From the NCBI GenBank assembly GCA_026387355.1, contig JAPLLW010000007.1, positions 106,198 through 170,197 of the forward strand: a DNA stretch of 64,000 bases, given 5' to 3'. Source of the stretch: Candidatus Omnitrophota bacterium (lineage in GTDB: Bacteria > Omnitrophota > Gorgyraeia > Gygaellales > Profunditerraquicolaceae). The notes under the pieces were generated by a model that had not been told where the DNA came from, made no database searches, and saw only the letters and a program-made list of their open reading frames with translations. Positions 62,473-64,000 of the stretch are shown here, in pieces (position 1 is the first letter of the stretch; every line of letters starts with the position of its first letter). Both the position numbers and the translations under genes were made by a program.

Positions 62473-63462
62473 TTATTTAAAATCTACATTTTTTATTATA
62501 TTCTCTGCCAATAATTCATTTCCAAAGTTTGAGAAATGTCCTTTGTCAATATATATGCGATCTAAATCGTTAGGATAACCACCAAGTATTGTAAAGTAGT
62601 CTATACAAAAATAGCGTGAATTTCTTTTAAGAAAGAAATCCTGAAACCATAATAAGTCGTTTGTTTTTTCATTAAAATCTCTTTTAGATGGGCTAATAAC
62701 AACAACTAGTTTTGCATTATGCTCAGAAACTGTTTCGTAAATTTTCTCTAGCAGGAGCGATACCACATCTTGACCTACACTTGCATCAAGAACTCTTTGC
62801 CGAGCAATTGAATTAAAGAATTTATTAATTCTCCAACTTTTAGAAGACAAAATTGTTAATATTCTAGACGTACTAAATAAATTCCTTAAATCAAATCGGC
62901 TTATAGGAACGTTTGTTAATACTAGCTGTTTTCCTCTCATGACAAACAAAGGCTTTCGTTTTCCATACGCTACATTCCTTATGGTTTCATTAAAATCATT
63001 ACCAGTATAAATAATCAGTATGACATATTTTAATTTTTTAAATTTTCCAATATGGCGCTTTAAATATATATAGTACTGATCTATGCTGTAGCCCGAAACA
63101 GCCAGATTGCTTACCTGGTAATCAAAAGGCTCTAGTTTGTAATTCAAATAATACGGCATTGTCTCTTTATCTCCTACACCAAAACCCCATGCAACTGAAT
63201 CGCCAAGAATAATTATCTGTTTTTTACTTTGATCTATTTCCTCTGAGCGAAAACCAAGGGAATTCGAGGAAATATCTCCCCAGGCCTGGTTGACATGTCT
63301 ATTTGGAATGGGGCTCCAGCCAATTTCAGAATCAAATCGCGTATTTGGATCGTGCCAATTCCTACTGGCAATCCCTAAAAAATGCATTCTATCGAATATT
63401 AATAAGGGAACAATAAAACTAAGACTTATCAATAACAAGAATACTATATTTATTTTTCTCAT
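62473..63462 (-). CDS. SGNH/GDSL hydrolase-family membrane-anchored protein
   Basis: NSLGFR, LGDS, NLAVSGY, GND, DKGH; AT-rich. Confidence 0.8.
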   Translation of the reverse strand: MRKINIVFLLLISLSFIVPLLIFDRMHFLGIASRNWHDPNTRFDSEIGWSPIPNRHVNQAWGDISSNSLGFRSEEIDQSKKQIIILGDSVAWGFGVGDKETMPYYLNYKLEPFDYQVSNLAVSGYSIDQYYIYLKRHIGKFKKLKYVILIIYTGNDFNETIRNVAYGKRKPLFVMRGKQLVLTNVPISRFDLRNLFSTSRILTILSSKSWRINKFFNSIARQRVLDASVGQDVVSLLLEKIYETVSEHNAKLVVVISPSKRDFNEKTNDLLWFQDFFLKRNSRYFCIDYFTILGGYPNDLDRIYIDKGHFSNFGNELLAENIIKNVDFK

Positions 63463-63637
63463 ATTTCTACTTTACTTGAATACTTTTTTGACTTTTCCAC
63501 TTACGTTCTGTTCTTTTTTACGAACTGCATTTTATTCATTAATTCAGCCTCTAAAATTACGATCTCTTAAAATTTCTTTTAAAACTATCCATCTTTCTTA
63601 TTCTAAGGTCAGCTTGAATATATCGTCTTCCTGCATT

Positions 63638-63794
63638 CTAGAACAGCGTATAAATAAAAAGAGCAACCGCGCTACCCTGCGTAAAGAATATACGTGATCC
63701 CAACAACAAAAGCATTATGATTGTCGGAACCAGCCACCCTTCTTCCTCACTCTTAAGAAACCCAAAACTCTTTTAATGTGCTTAATTTGCCCAT
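63638..63794 (-). pseudogene. DUF5989-family small membrane protein, two frameshifts
   Basis: Pieces in three frames: MGKLSTLKEFW / FLRVRKK / WLVPTIIMLLLLGSRIFFTQGSAVALFIYTLF*. Confidence 0.75.
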
Positions 63795-64000
63795 AAGCTA
63801 AAATCTCCTCTCGTAATTTGAAAAATCAAATGCTGCTTTATCCTTATTCTTTCAGCATGCCCCCTCTTTATTTTTCTTTCCAGTAAATCATCCCTAAATA
63901 ATCTCATCAACAAACCTACCGGTGTAAAGATCAGGCAAAACATAACGATCAAAATGATTCTTGCATTAATCCAACCTGAAATAAGCGAAAGATACATCCA
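63782..64000 (-). pseudogene. SxtJ-family membrane protein, 3' part, frameshifted (5' end outside window)
   Basis: WM....GWINARIILIVMFCLIFTPVGLLMRLF..D.L; family-like tail KNKDKAAFDFSNYERRF* lies in another frame after a TGA. Confidence 0.7.

Noticed and set aside
663-63697. Many + strand ORFs of 60-216 aa (e.g. 11447-12097, 19463-19996, 24459-24929)
   Set aside because: Antisense shadows of well-recognised - strand genes, with no motifs of their own
63782-64000. Saxitoxin biosynthesis implied by the SxtJ family name
   Set aside because: SxtJ-like proteins are widespread outside toxin clusters, and no other sxt genes are present

Overview
64 kb of core chromosome from a low-GC, anaerobic, diderm bacterium (LptD present). 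The gene mix and protein style suggest Ca. Omnitrophota/OP3, but that placement is inference. About 60 CDS lie on the - strand in long, tightly packed operons; only one real gene (a GH161-type glucan phosphorylase) is on +. Contents: Wood-Ljungdahl CFeSP genes (acsC, acsV, cooC/acsF, 5' end of acsD) at the tail of a gatCAB operon; lepA/aromatic amino acid/ruv genes; rnpB and two tRNAs; rpoD-dnaG; nucleotide-sugar genes with lptD; three c-di-GMP enzymes; an hspR-like gene plus hrcA-grpE-dnaK-dnaJ with CIRCE boxes; hflX-miaA-miaB; and a decayed sxtJ/DUF5989/SGNH cassette. No CRISPR array, rRNA, transposase or integrase was seen. The best candidate for an undescribed system is an adjacent pair of a bactofilin-HTH fusion and an HTH-transmembrane protein (possible DNA-cytoskeleton-membrane tether). 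Other notable items: a split TPR/beta-barrel gene facing the GH161 gene, a structured 5' leader, a perfect 40-bp palindrome inside RNase P RNA, and an archaeal-like DnaK. All family calls are by motif recognition; no searches were run.
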